Source: an uncultured Bacilli bacterium
GTDB taxonomy: Bacteria; Bacillota_I; Bacilli_A; RF39; UBA660
NCBI GenBank assembly: GCA_947630105.1
Contig: CANRGD010000005.1
Span: 1 to 36,482 of the forward strand
Reading direction: 5' to 3'
DNA: 36,482 nt
The number at the start of each line of letters is the position of its first letter. Position 1 is the first letter of the stretch. Of this stretch, positions 27,847-36,482 are shown piece by piece. A program made the position numbers and the translations under genes. A model generated the notes under the pieces. It had not been told where the DNA came from. It worked only from the letters and a program-made list of their open reading frames with translations, and searched no databases.

Positions 27847-29130
27847 TTATTTATTTTCTATCTTTTTCAATCCTCCCATGTATGGTTGTAGCACTTTTGG
27901 AATCAATATACTTCCATCCTCTTGATAATTATTTTCTACTAAAGCAATTAATCCTCTTGGAGATGCTACTACAGTATTATTTAAAGTATGTAAATAATAT
28001 GTTCCCTTATCCCCTTTTGTCCTAATTCCTAACCGTCTAGCTTGAGCATCTCCTAAATTTGAACAACTAGCAACTTCAAAATATTTTTGTTGTCTTGGAC
28101 TCCAAGCCTCAATATCACAAGATTTAACTTTTAAATCTGCTAAATCACCACTACAACACTCTAATTGTCTTACTGGAATGTCAAAGTTTCTAAATATTTC
28201 AACTGTTAATTTCCACATTTTATTATACCAATCCATTGACTCTTCAGGTTCACAGATAACTATCATTTCTTGTTTTTCAAATTGATGAACTCGATATAAT
28301 CCTCTTTCTTCAAGTCCATGAGAGCCTCCTTCTTTTCTAAAACAAGGAGAATAACTAGTCATATTTATTGGTAATTCTTCTTTTTTAATAATTTGATCTT
28401 TAAATTTACCAATCATTGAATGTTCTGAAGTTCCAATTAAATATAAATCTTCTCCCTCAATTTTATACATCATAGCTTCCATTTCCGGAAATGACATAAC
28501 TCCAGTTACAACATCACCATGAATCATAAAAGGTGGTATTGCATAAGTAAATCCATGTTCAATCATAAAATCTCTAGCATAAGCAATCATTGCTTCATGA
28601 AGTCTAGCAATATCTCCAATTAAATAGTAAAATCCTTCACCACTAGTACGTCCAGCAGCTTCCTTATCCATCCCACTAACTCTACTAATAATATCTGCGT
28701 GATATGGTATTTCATATTTAGGAACAACAGCTTCTCCAAATCTTTCAACTTCTACATTTTCACTATCATCTTTACCAATAGGAACAGATGAATCCATAAT
28801 ATTAGGTATTACCATCATTATTTCTTTAATTCTTTTATTTGTCTCTTCTTGAATTTTTTCTAATTCTGTTATTTCATCAGCCATTTCTTTTATTTTTGCT
28901 TTAATATTGTTTGCTTCATCAATCTTCTTTTCTTGCATCAACTTTCCAATTTCACTGCTCATTTTATTTTTATCGGCTTTTAAACCATCCGCTTTAGTTT
29001 GTGCATTTCTTACTTTTATATCTAATTCATACACCTCATCCACCAAAGGTAATTTTTCATCTTGAAATTTCTTTTTTATATTTTCCTTCACCAAATCTCT
29101 ATTTTCTCTAATTAATTTAATGTCTATCAT
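27847..29130 (-). CDS. serS: Serine--tRNA ligase
   Basis: N-terminal coiled coil, GTSE, CFRKE, RVHQFEK, EVASCSN, HTLN. Confidence 0.98.
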   Translation of the reverse strand: MIDIKLIRENRDLVKENIKKKFQDEKLPLVDEVYELDIKVRNAQTKADGLKADKNKMSSEIGKLMQEKKIDEANNIKAKIKEMADEITELEKIQEETNKRIKEIMMVIPNIMDSSVPIGKDDSENVEVERFGEAVVPKYEIPYHADIISRVSGMDKEAAGRTSGEGFYYLIGDIARLHEAMIAYARDFMIEHGFTYAIPPFMIHGDVVTGVMSFPEMEAMMYKIEGEDLYLIGTSEHSMIGKFKDQIIKKEELPINMTSYSPCFRKEGGSHGLEERGLYRVHQFEKQEMIVICEPEESMDWYNKMWKLTVEIFRNFDIPVRQLECCSGDLADLKVKSCDIEAWSPRQQKYFEVASCSNLGDAQARRLGIRTKGDKGTYYLHTLNNTVVASPRGLIALVENNYQEDGSILIPKVLQPYMGGLKKIENK

Positions 29131-30065
29131 ATTTCTTCCTCCTTAAATAATTTTTCATAAACATTTTTATATAAAATTTTTTCAACTTCAACTTCATCAA
29201 AGCTTGTACTTAATAATTTAGTTAACTCTTCATTTAAATTTCTATAATCAAATAATTGTGGCTTAATTTCGCAATTAAATAAAATACTATTAAATGTCAT
29301 ATCATTTGATGCAATACCTACATGCTCAATTCCTAACAACTCAACAACATGCTTTACATGCCTCAAAAAAATATCCTTCATATTTATAGTTAAATCATTA
29401 TTATCCGCAACAAATCCCGTATATAAATTAATTCCTATTATTGGATCAAATTCTTTTAAAGCAAGTAATTGTTCATCATCTAAATTTCTATAGTGAGCAT
29501 ACACCTTATAACAATTAGAATGGCTTGCTATTACTTTAATTTTTTTACCTAATTTTTTCTGTATTTTTAATAATTCTATAACATCATAAAATGTAGCTTT
29601 ATTCATATGTGAAACATCTATTATAATACCCAAATCAATAGCTTTTATTAAAAATCTTTTTCCCTCATCAGTTAATCCATATTCTCCCAAATTACCAGAA
29701 GCATATTTATTAGGATTATTCCAAACTAAAAGTAAACTTCTAAGTCCTAAATTATATAACTCCTCTAATTCATTTTCATCCTTTATATAGTCACATCCTT
29801 CAATACTATATAACACATTATTATAAGGAAAATATTTTTTACATATATCCACAGTTTTTTTAAAAATATCAACTACATCAATACTATCATAATTATTTCC
29901 TAATTCTTCTTTCATTTTTTCTTTATCTAAAAAATATAAATTAGCTATGAGTCCCGAGACATTATCCCTATTATAATTATTTAACCAATCAAAAACAAAA
30001 GAATAATCTATTCTTAAATAAGCTTGATAAATAATAGATAATAAATCAAAATGCATATCAATCAT
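29127..30065 (-). CDS. Membrane dipeptidase (M19) family amidohydrolase
   Basis: DMHFD, SIEG, IDVSH, ASHSN, RNLDD; stop overlaps the serS start. Confidence 0.9.
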   Translation of the reverse strand: MIDMHFDLLSIIYQAYLRIDYSFVFDWLNNYNRDNVSGLIANLYFLDKEKMKEELGNNYDSIDVVDIFKKTVDICKKYFPYNNVLYSIEGCDYIKDENELEELYNLGLRSLLLVWNNPNKYASGNLGEYGLTDEGKRFLIKAIDLGIIIDVSHMNKATFYDVIELLKIQKKLGKKIKVIASHSNCYKVYAHYRNLDDEQLLALKEFDPIIGINLYTGFVADNNDLTINMKDIFLRHVKHVVELLGIEHVGIASNDMTFNSILFNCEIKPQLFDYRNLNEELTKLLSTSFDEVEVEKILYKNVYEKLFKEEEI

Positions 30066-30162
30066 AATAAATTTTCACCAAAATCAAATTTTATAAATAA
30101 TTATCTTTATAAGATTGATTGTCCTTTCTATAGTTTCACATTTCTAGTATAAACATCTTAAA

Positions 30163-30352
30163 AATAAAAAAAAGAATAATACCTCAAGGAGTGCAATTTG
30201 CACGGTACCATCCTTACTTTTTCTTAATTTAATAACGGCTATCAACCGGAAAAATATCTTCTATAGAGTAGATAAATAAGCAACTAACATCGTTTCCACC
30301 TACCACGAATTCTCTAAACTTAATTTACTTATTATTAGTTCTAATAATCGAA
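30163..30352 (-). ncRNA. T-box leader, probably serine-specific
   Basis: AGAGA box, GGTGGAA loop, CCGTTA element, T-box AAGGATGGTACCGTG (30215-30201) pairing with CACTCCTT; candidate TCT specifier at 30272-30270. Confidence 0.9.
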
Positions 30353-30361
30353 TTTAAACTT

Positions 30362-30390
30362 ATTATAGTATATTCAATAATATTTGACAA
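30362..30390 (-). promoter_or_regulatory. sigma70 promoter of the T-box leader
   Basis: TTGTCA-17 bp-TATAAT. Confidence 0.8.
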
Positions 30391-30397
30391 TACTTTT

Positions 30398-31570
30398 TTA
30401 AAAATGAATAATACACTTTTTATTTTCATCAATATTAATATTTCCAGTTTTCAAAAAAGACTTAGTAGTTATTTCATTATCTAAAACATTAGAAAAACCA
30501 ATTTCACCATCACTAAAAGAAACATAATACAAATATGTATCAACATTTTTTATAACCATAATATTTATCATAAATTTATCACTATTTACAAGTTTTAAAT
30601 CAAAATCATCACTTATATAATGAGAATAAAAATTATAAATTTCCCCTTCTTTAATTTTATCACCAGTATTACAACTATAATTACCAGATTCAATCGCCTT
30701 TTTTACTTTTGTTACTACTTCATTTGATAAGTTAATATAACTATATTTTTTCACCTCATCAAAACCATTAATTACTAATGAAAAATTACTATATATTGTT
30801 ACAAACAAACTTATAATAAATACAAAAACAATTACTATACCAAGTACATGAAACATTTTATATTCTTTTTCCAAAGCATCTTTTTCATTATCACTAACGT
30901 AATTGACTCCCTTAAATGAATTACCTGTAAAAGCAATTATAGGTATATATATTAAAAATAAAATTGCACATAACAAACCACTATACCCAAAACTTTTTCC
31001 TAACTTATAAAAAACAATAAACAGAAAAATTATATTTATAATAGGAATTAGAAAAAGTAAGGCATACCACTTTGAATTCATTGTAATTTCAGTTAATATT
31101 GCAAAATTATAAATAGGAATTAACGCTTTCCACCACATCTTATTAGTTTTCATAAAAATTATTTCAAAAGAAACAACATACAAATAAATCAACACACCTA
31201 TCATTAAAAAAAATGGATAGGTTGAATTTATAATTTTAGTTAAATCAGTACCATATTTTAAACTAGTAATTAATAAACCACCTAAAACAAGACCTAAAAG
31301 TATTAAAAGATTAAATAAGAAGAAAATTTTTTTATTTCCTGTTGATAAAGACACATTAATTGATCCTTTATTATTATTATTATTTTGAATTAAACTTCCT
31401 GAACCAATTTCATATTTAGTTTGTTGAATATCATTTTCTTTAGCAAACTGTTGCATTTTTTTATTATCAGGATGATTATAATTTAAATAACCACAATGCA
31501 TACAATAGCGAGCATTAATTTTCATTTCAGCACCACATTTAGGACAAAAAGTTTTTAAATCATCATTCAT
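30398..31570 (-). CDS. Zinc-ribbon plus DUF5684-like multi-pass membrane protein
   Basis: CPKCG...CMHCG, WWKALIPIYN, IPIIN, KLGKSFG; C-terminal extracellular domain. Confidence 0.75.
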   Translation of the reverse strand: MNDDLKTFCPKCGAEMKINARYCMHCGYLNYNHPDNKKMQQFAKENDIQQTKYEIGSGSLIQNNNNNKGSINVSLSTGNKKIFFLFNLLILLGLVLGGLLITSLKYGTDLTKIINSTYPFFLMIGVLIYLYVVSFEIIFMKTNKMWWKALIPIYNFAILTEITMNSKWYALLFLIPIINIIFLFIVFYKLGKSFGYSGLLCAILFLIYIPIIAFTGNSFKGVNYVSDNEKDALEKEYKMFHVLGIVIVFVFIISLFVTIYSNFSLVINGFDEVKKYSYINLSNEVVTKVKKAIESGNYSCNTGDKIKEGEIYNFYSHYISDDFDLKLVNSDKFMINIMVIKNVDTYLYYVSFSDGEIGFSNVLDNEITTKSFLKTGNINIDENKKCIIHF

Positions 31571-31630
31571 TTTCTATTCTCCTTATAATAAATTGTAACA
31601 TAAATAAAAAAAAAACACCATACATGATGT

Positions 31631-31891
31631 TTAATTAGCTTCCACTATAAGCTTAATAGCCGTTCTTTCCTCCCCATCAATAACAATATCTTGAAAAGCA
31701 GGTATACATACCAAATTTTTACCAGCTGGAGCAACAAATCCTCTTGCTATTGCGATTGCTTTAATTGCCTGATTCAAAGCTCCAGCTCCAACAGCTTGAA
31801 TTTCTACACTACCCTTTTCTCGAAAAACATTAGCTAATGCTCCAGCTACACTATTGGGATTAGATTTACTACTAACTTTTAATATTTCCAT
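31631..31891 (-). CDS. spoVS: Stage V sporulation protein S
   Basis: MEILKVSSKSNPNSVAGALA...GAGALNQAIKAIAIARGF. Confidence 0.97.
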   Translation of the reverse strand: MEILKVSSKSNPNSVAGALANVFREKGSVEIQAVGAGALNQAIKAIAIARGFVAPAGKNLVCIPAFQDIVIDGEERTAIKLIVEAN

Positions 31892-31949
31892 ATTTAATTC
31901 CTCTCTTTCTACTTAATAGTATGAAAAAGAAAATAAAATAGAACTAAAT

Positions 31950-32945
31950 TTAATCATCTAAATACTCTTTAAGTTTATCAGTAATAATTTTATAACCCTC
32001 ATCAGAAATATGAAGTCCCTCCATAGTATAATCAAGCTTTAATTCATCATCTTCATCAACTAAAACCTTATACAAATCAATATATGTTATTTTTTCATCT
32101 TTAGCCAGTTGTTCTAAATCTTTATTAATAGCTTTAATATCCTCATTTTTTCTATTTTTTACCATATCTAAATCAACTTTATCATCATCACTATCATTAA
32201 TTGGATAAATGGACTCCAAATATATTTTACAATAAACTCTATTTTCCTTTATACCATGAATAATACGCTTAATATTATCCACTGTTTCTTCATGCGGTAT
32301 ATCATCTATTAAATCATTAACTCCAATTAATATAAATACTTTAGAAGGATTATATATATATACTCTATCATGAATATCTTTTAAAATATCTTCAGTTGTA
32401 TCGCCATTATTACCACTATTCACAACAGGTAACTCCCCAAAATATTTATCTAAATCATAAAAATCAGTAATAGAATCACCCAAAAATAAATAATTATCAT
32501 CAATAAGCCTTACTTCTTTAATTATTTTTTCCTGTTTTTCAGTCCTATTTTTATTATCAATTTTAAAAATATAATCAAAATTTTCAAAAATTAAAACCAC
32601 AACCCCAAAAACTAAACCAATCAAAACTAAAAAAATTATTCCACTAAAAAAACGTTTTAACCCACTAGATTTATCTTTATATCTCCTTATTGATTCTTTT
32701 TCTGCTAACATTTTATCTTTTTTCTTTTTTAAAGAACTTCTCTTCATACTAGTATTTTTATCCAAAAAACTAGTATCTAAAGTTGTAGTATCATTTAATC
32801 TATCTTTATCAACTCTAATTTTTGTTGTAGCCTCTAAATTATTACTAGTTCTTTTCTTATTATCACTAACTCGTCTCTTATTATCACTAGTTTTTTTCTT
32901 ATTAGTATTATATTTTTCTTTTGTATTTTCACTTTTTCTAACCAT
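31950..32945 (-). CDS. Membrane-anchored SGNH/GDSL hydrolase
   Basis: FLGDSIT, NSG, IGVND, EGLH; basic N-terminus and one TM helix. Confidence 0.9.
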   Translation of the reverse strand: MVRKSENTKEKYNTNKKKTSDNKRRVSDNKKRTSNNLEATTKIRVDKDRLNDTTTLDTSFLDKNTSMKRSSLKKKKDKMLAEKESIRRYKDKSSGLKRFFSGIIFLVLIGLVFGVVVLIFENFDYIFKIDNKNRTEKQEKIIKEVRLIDDNYLFLGDSITDFYDLDKYFGELPVVNSGNNGDTTEDILKDIHDRVYIYNPSKVFILIGVNDLIDDIPHEETVDNIKRIIHGIKENRVYCKIYLESIYPINDSDDDKVDLDMVKNRKNEDIKAINKDLEQLAKDEKITYIDLYKVLVDEDDELKLDYTMEGLHISDEGYKIITDKLKEYLDD

Positions 32946-33069
32946 TCAACTACCTCTTCTCTTAAAAATTATATCAAATTATTTTTTTTTTAAAAAGACA
33001 TAACTTATTAATTACAAAAAAATTGCTAAGAATTAAAAAATATGATATTTTATACTAAGGTGATATTTT

Positions 33070-34290
33070 ATGAAAGATTATATACATTTTTTCAAAAACA
33101 ATGATGCTTTAGTATGTCACATATTTGACAGTAAATCTCATAAAACAAGAGTTATTACAAATCCTAAAAATATAAACTTATTATTATCCATTTTAAAAAA
33201 TTATGGTTATCAAAATATTAAAGGGAATTATTATATTACTAAAGATGTTAAAGAAATTTATGCAAAATATTTAAAAACAATTAAAAAAAATAAAAATACT
33301 CTAAAAATTTATAATATTCTAAAACATCCATTTAGTTTGAAAAAAGTAAATAAAAATACTAAAAAAATTATATTAAGAATTTTTTTAGCTTCTACTGTTA
33401 TCATTTATATATTAAGCACTAAAAAAGAGCCAACATTTGATGAGGGTACAATAGAAACTGAAATTACAATTGATGATAATAATTTTGATGACTATATAGT
33501 AGAAACTGAAATAGTAATTGATGAGGGTAGTTTTGATGATAATATGGAAGTTTCAACCCCAGAAACAACTAAACCATTTACTATTCGATATGAAACTTCA
33601 GCTCTAGATGATACTTATAATGAAACTAATGAAAGTTCTTCTTCTGAAAACCAAAAATTCAAATTTTCTTTTGAAGATAGAACTGAATCTGAAGCATACG
33701 AAAATGTAAAAAAATATGAAAGTATATTTAAAAAATATGGTGAAATGTATGGTATAGACTATCACATAATTATGGCTATTGCTGCTCAAGAAAGTAATGG
33801 GGATCATTACAATAATCTTTACAATGGCCCAGCTGAAGGTATAATGCAAATAGAAAAATCTGTACATTTAAATAACACATTAACTGCCTATAATTTTCTT
33901 AATAAAAGTGAAGAATCAATAGTAGTTACAAAAGAAGCTTTAGATGATTTAGAAACTAATATAAAAATTGGAACTATGATTTTACAAAATGTTTTAACTC
34001 AACAGAATTACAATATACCCCTAGCAATTCAAACATATAATTTTGGTCCTGGAAATATTCAAAAAGTTCTTAATACTTGTAGTTCAATTGAAGGTATAGA
34101 TACTACTTCACTTCTTAATGATAATTATGAATGGATGAATTATCGTGAATTTTTAAATATAGGTGACCCTTTATATGTTGAACATATTCTAAGCTATATT
34201 CCTAGTAAAACTATTACTGTAACAACTACTGCCGGAGAAACAAGAAAACTCGAATTATCTAATGAATATTCCAAAACAGCCTCATTATAA
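33070..34290 (+). CDS. Membrane-anchored SLT-type lytic transglycosylase
   Basis: AIAAQES, GIMQI, NIKIG, YNFGPG; TM helix and acidic linker. Confidence 0.88.
   Translation: MKDYIHFFKNNDALVCHIFDSKSHKTRVITNPKNINLLLSILKNYGYQNIKGNYYITKDVKEIYAKYLKTIKKNKNTLKIYNILKHPFSLKKVNKNTKKIILRIFLASTVIIYILSTKKEPTFDEGTIETEITIDDNNFDDYIVETEIVIDEGSFDDNMEVSTPETTKPFTIRYETSALDDTYNETNESSSSENQKFKFSFEDRTESEAYENVKKYESIFKKYGEMYGIDYHIIMAIAAQESNGDHYNNLYNGPAEGIMQIEKSVHLNNTLTAYNFLNKSEESIVVTKEALDDLETNIKIGTMILQNVLTQQNYNIPLAIQTYNFGPGNIQKVLNTCSSIEGIDTTSLLNDNYEWMNYREFLNIGDPLYVEHILSYIPSKTITVTTTAGETRKLELSNEYSKTASL
33436..33549 (+). repeat. Imperfect 48-bp (16-aa) intragenic tandem repeat
   Basis: ETEITIDDNNFDDYIV / ETEIVIDEGSFDDNME; GAAACTGAAAT at 33454 and 33502. 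Confidence 0.75.
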
Positions 34291-34319
34291 AAAAATCTCG
34301 TTTTATACGAGATTAAAAA
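34289..34319. terminator. Terminator hairpin between convergent genes
   Basis: AATCTCGT/ACGAGATT inverted repeat; T-run on the minus strand. Confidence 0.75.
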
Positions 34320-35467
34320 TTACCGCTAACCACATCTTTAATTCCTCTAAAATATAATTGCAAAAAATTTAATGATTTTACATTTTCATTTACAATTAAT
34401 TCTCCTGTAGCTATAACTTTTCCATTATTTAAGACATTAATTTTACCTACATTAGTGCCTTTTTTTAATGGCAATTTAATATCTTCAATCTTACTTTCAA
34501 ACTTATAATTACCTTTACTACCTATATTTTCTACAACCCCTAAATCATCTTTTAATGCTATATTAACAATTTTTTTATTTGCTTTATCTATTTTAACCTT
34601 TTTTATAATTTCTCCTTTATTTTTTAAAACATTCATTTTTACTGTATTAAACCCATAATCTAAAAGTTCCATTGCCTCAGTATTTCTAATTTTACTATCA
34701 TTTTCTCCTAAAACTATTCCAATTAGCCTTAAATTATTTCTTTTTGCTGTAACTGCTAAACAATATCCTGCCGCATCAGTATGACCAGTTTTTAATCCAT
34801 CTGCCCCATCATAAAAATGTACTAATTTATTTGTATTTACAAGCCAGAATTTATCTTTAGTATTTTCCCTTAAATAATCTTCATAAAGTGATGAAAATCT
34901 CAATATTTCTGAATGATTAACAACTAAATCTCTAGCAATCATTGCCATATCATAAGCACTAGAATAATGATTTTCTTGATCAAGACCTGTACAATTTGTA
35001 AAATGTGTATGTTTAAGTCCTAATTCACTAACTTTTTTATTCATTCTTGTTACAAATTTATCTTCACTCCCACTTATTATCTCTGCCATTTGTACAGTGG
35101 CATCATTTCCACTAGCCATACTAATACCTTTCATCAAATCTTCTATTGTAATTTTTTCACCTTCTTGAATATATATCTGTGACCCACCCATATCTGCTGC
35201 ATTTTTACTTACTGTAACTACTTGATCCCATTTAATATTCCCTTTTTCTATTTCCTCTAAAATAATAATTTGGGCAACCATCTTTGTCATAGAAGCAACT
35301 GCTACTTCTTTATCTTTATCTTTTTCAAAAATTATTTTTCCACTAGAAGCATCAATTAATATTCCACTAACAGCACCACTAATTAATTTATCTTGTGTAT
35401 CACTAACAGCTAATACATTAAATGGTATTAAAACAATAATTAATAATAATATACCTATTTTTTTCAT
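34313..35467 (-). CDS. dacF: D-Ala-D-Ala carboxypeptidase, S11 family (DacF-like)
   Basis: SMTK, SGN, KTG motifs; DMGGSQIY and FWLVNTNKLV resemble DacF. Start ATG 35467 after AGGAGG. Confidence 0.8.
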   Translation of the reverse strand: MKKIGILLLIIVLIPFNVLAVSDTQDKLISGAVSGILIDASSGKIIFEKDKDKEVAVASMTKMVAQIIILEEIEKGNIKWDQVVTVSKNAADMGGSQIYIQEGEKITIEDLMKGISMASGNDATVQMAEIISGSEDKFVTRMNKKVSELGLKHTHFTNCTGLDQENHYSSAYDMAMIARDLVVNHSEILRFSSLYEDYLRENTKDKFWLVNTNKLVHFYDGADGLKTGHTDAAGYCLAVTAKRNNLRLIGIVLGENDSKIRNTEAMELLDYGFNTVKMNVLKNKGEIIKKVKIDKANKKIVNIALKDDLGVVENIGSKGNYKFESKIEDIKLPLKKGTNVGKINVLNNGKVIATGELIVNENVKSLNFLQLYFRGIKDVVSGNF

Positions 35468-35555
35468 CTTAATCCTCCTATAATTTTTTATGAAAAAATA
35501 TACAAAAATATACATTTTTTAAAATTTAATGATTATTATATAAATAGGTGAAAAT

Positions 35556-36416
35556 ATGTTTACAGATAAAAATAATTTAAAAACAACTTTAACTTTTTTT
35601 ATAACTTTAATATTAGTAATAAGTTCCTTAATATTAGGAATTACTTTTTTTAAAGAACCTAAAATATCTTCAAAAAATAAAAAATTAAAAGAACTAAATA
35701 ATATTGATAAAAAAATAACTTACTTCAATTATAATTATCTAAATCGTTATCTAAAATATAAAAATAATAACCCTCAACTATCTATAAAACAAGTCATTTT
35801 GGATGTTAATATGAATATAGATTTACCTTATTATACAAATACAAAAGAAGTTAAAAATTTAAATACTATCACTATGTTAGTAAATAAATATAATTATTTA
35901 CCAAATAATTATATTCCCAATAATTTAGAAAAATTAGATTTATCTTATTCAAAAGAAGGGATGTTTTTAGTTAAAGAAGCAAAAGTCGCTTTTGAAAAAA
36001 TGCACAATGATGCTTTATTAAAAAATTATAATATTATTGTTATGTCTAGCTATCGCAGTTATAAATATCAAGAAAATTTATATAATCAATATACAAAAAA
36101 AGATGGACAAAAAATTGCTGATACTTATTCATCTCGACCAGGTCACTCTGAACATCAAACTGGGCTTGCTATTGATATATATAATGGAGAAGTTGATTAT
36201 ACTAATTTTGAAAATACTAAAGAATTTTCCTGGATGCAAAAAAATGCCCATAAATATGGCTTTATTCTACGGTTTCCTAAAAATAAAGTAAAAGAAACTG
36301 GATATATGTATGAGTCATGGCATTATCGCTATGTAGGTAAAGAAATAGCAAAATATATTTATAAACATAATATCTCATTTGAAGAATATTATGCAAAATT
36401 TCTTGAAATCGAGTAG
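35556..36416 (+). CDS. M15B family Zn carboxypeptidase (VanY/LdcB-like)
   Basis: LVNK, SYRS..YQ, PGHSEHQTGLAID, ESWHYRYVG; N-terminal TM. Confidence 0.92.
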   Translation: MFTDKNNLKTTLTFFITLILVISSLILGITFFKEPKISSKNKKLKELNNIDKKITYFNYNYLNRYLKYKNNNPQLSIKQVILDVNMNIDLPYYTNTKEVKNLNTITMLVNKYNYLPNNYIPNNLEKLDLSYSKEGMFLVKEAKVAFEKMHNDALLKNYNIIVMSSYRSYKYQENLYNQYTKKDGQKIADTYSSRPGHSEHQTGLAIDIYNGEVDYTNFENTKEFSWMQKNAHKYGFILRFPKNKVKETGYMYESWHYRYVGKEIAKYIYKHNISFEEYYAKFLEIE

Positions 36417-36482
36417 AGAAAATTTATAAACTATTATAAATTTGTCCCTCTCACACCACCGTACGTACCCGGTATACGGCGG
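36408..36482 (-). mobile_element. 3' end (domains V and VI) of a group IIC intron, truncated by the window edge
   Basis: Minus strand CCGCCGTATACCGGGTACGTACGGTGGTGTGAGAGGGAC...CTCTACTCGAT matches the class C DV (CGC triad) and DVI with terminal AT. Confidence 0.9.

Noticed and set aside
32982-32991. Poly-T/A runs here and at 9902, 26350 and 31606 as phase-variation tracts
   Set aside because: Expected in very AT-rich DNA, mostly terminator tails, and not between consensus -35/-10 boxes.
10271-36291. Short ORFs 10271-10507, 22678-22911, 27777-28025, 33604-33867 and 36037-36291
   Set aside because: All overlap well-supported genes on the opposite strand or in another frame and lack translation signals.
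35556-36416. Vancomycin-resistance locus
   Set aside because: Only a lone M15B peptidase; no vanHAX/vanRS in the window and the family is commonly housekeeping.
1-36482. Alternative genetic code (UGA=Trp), tRNA/rRNA genes, prophage
   Set aside because: TGA ends several genes at normal positions (e.g. rlmN, fmt) and conserved genes are full length in code 11; no tRNA/rRNA or phage hallmark genes were recognised.

Overview
Very AT-rich chromosomal segment from a Bacilli-type firmicute (resembles uncultured gut Bacilli such as RF39; inference only). It uses the standard code and most genes are on the minus strand. The core is housekeeping synteny: tex, rpe-rsgA-prkC-prpC-rlmN, fmt, priA, rseP-cdsA-uppS, khpA-rpsP, cotE/ymcA-like/miaB, serS with a T-box leader, spoVS and two D,D-carboxypeptidases, interleaved with lineage-specific hypothetical genes. 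Two things stand out. (1) At the left edge, two ~70-bp direct repeats (63/71 identical) flank a secreted TasA/camelysin-like gene. Each is a consensus TTGACA/TATAAT promoter whose spacer holds a G9 tract, giving non-optimal 19- and 20-bp spacers; this looks like a tandem array of phase-variable surface-protein cassettes. (2) At the right edge is the 3' end (domains V-VI) of a group IIC intron on the minus strand, whose last bases supply the stop codon of the VanY-like gene. Also seen: an unannotated 49-aa ORF, a decayed paralog of a DUF3419-like gene, sigma-E-like promoters, a membrane-anchored ADP-ribosyltransferase-like protein, and a dipeptidase placed between the Ser T-box and serS. All family calls come from motif recognition by eye; no database searches were run.
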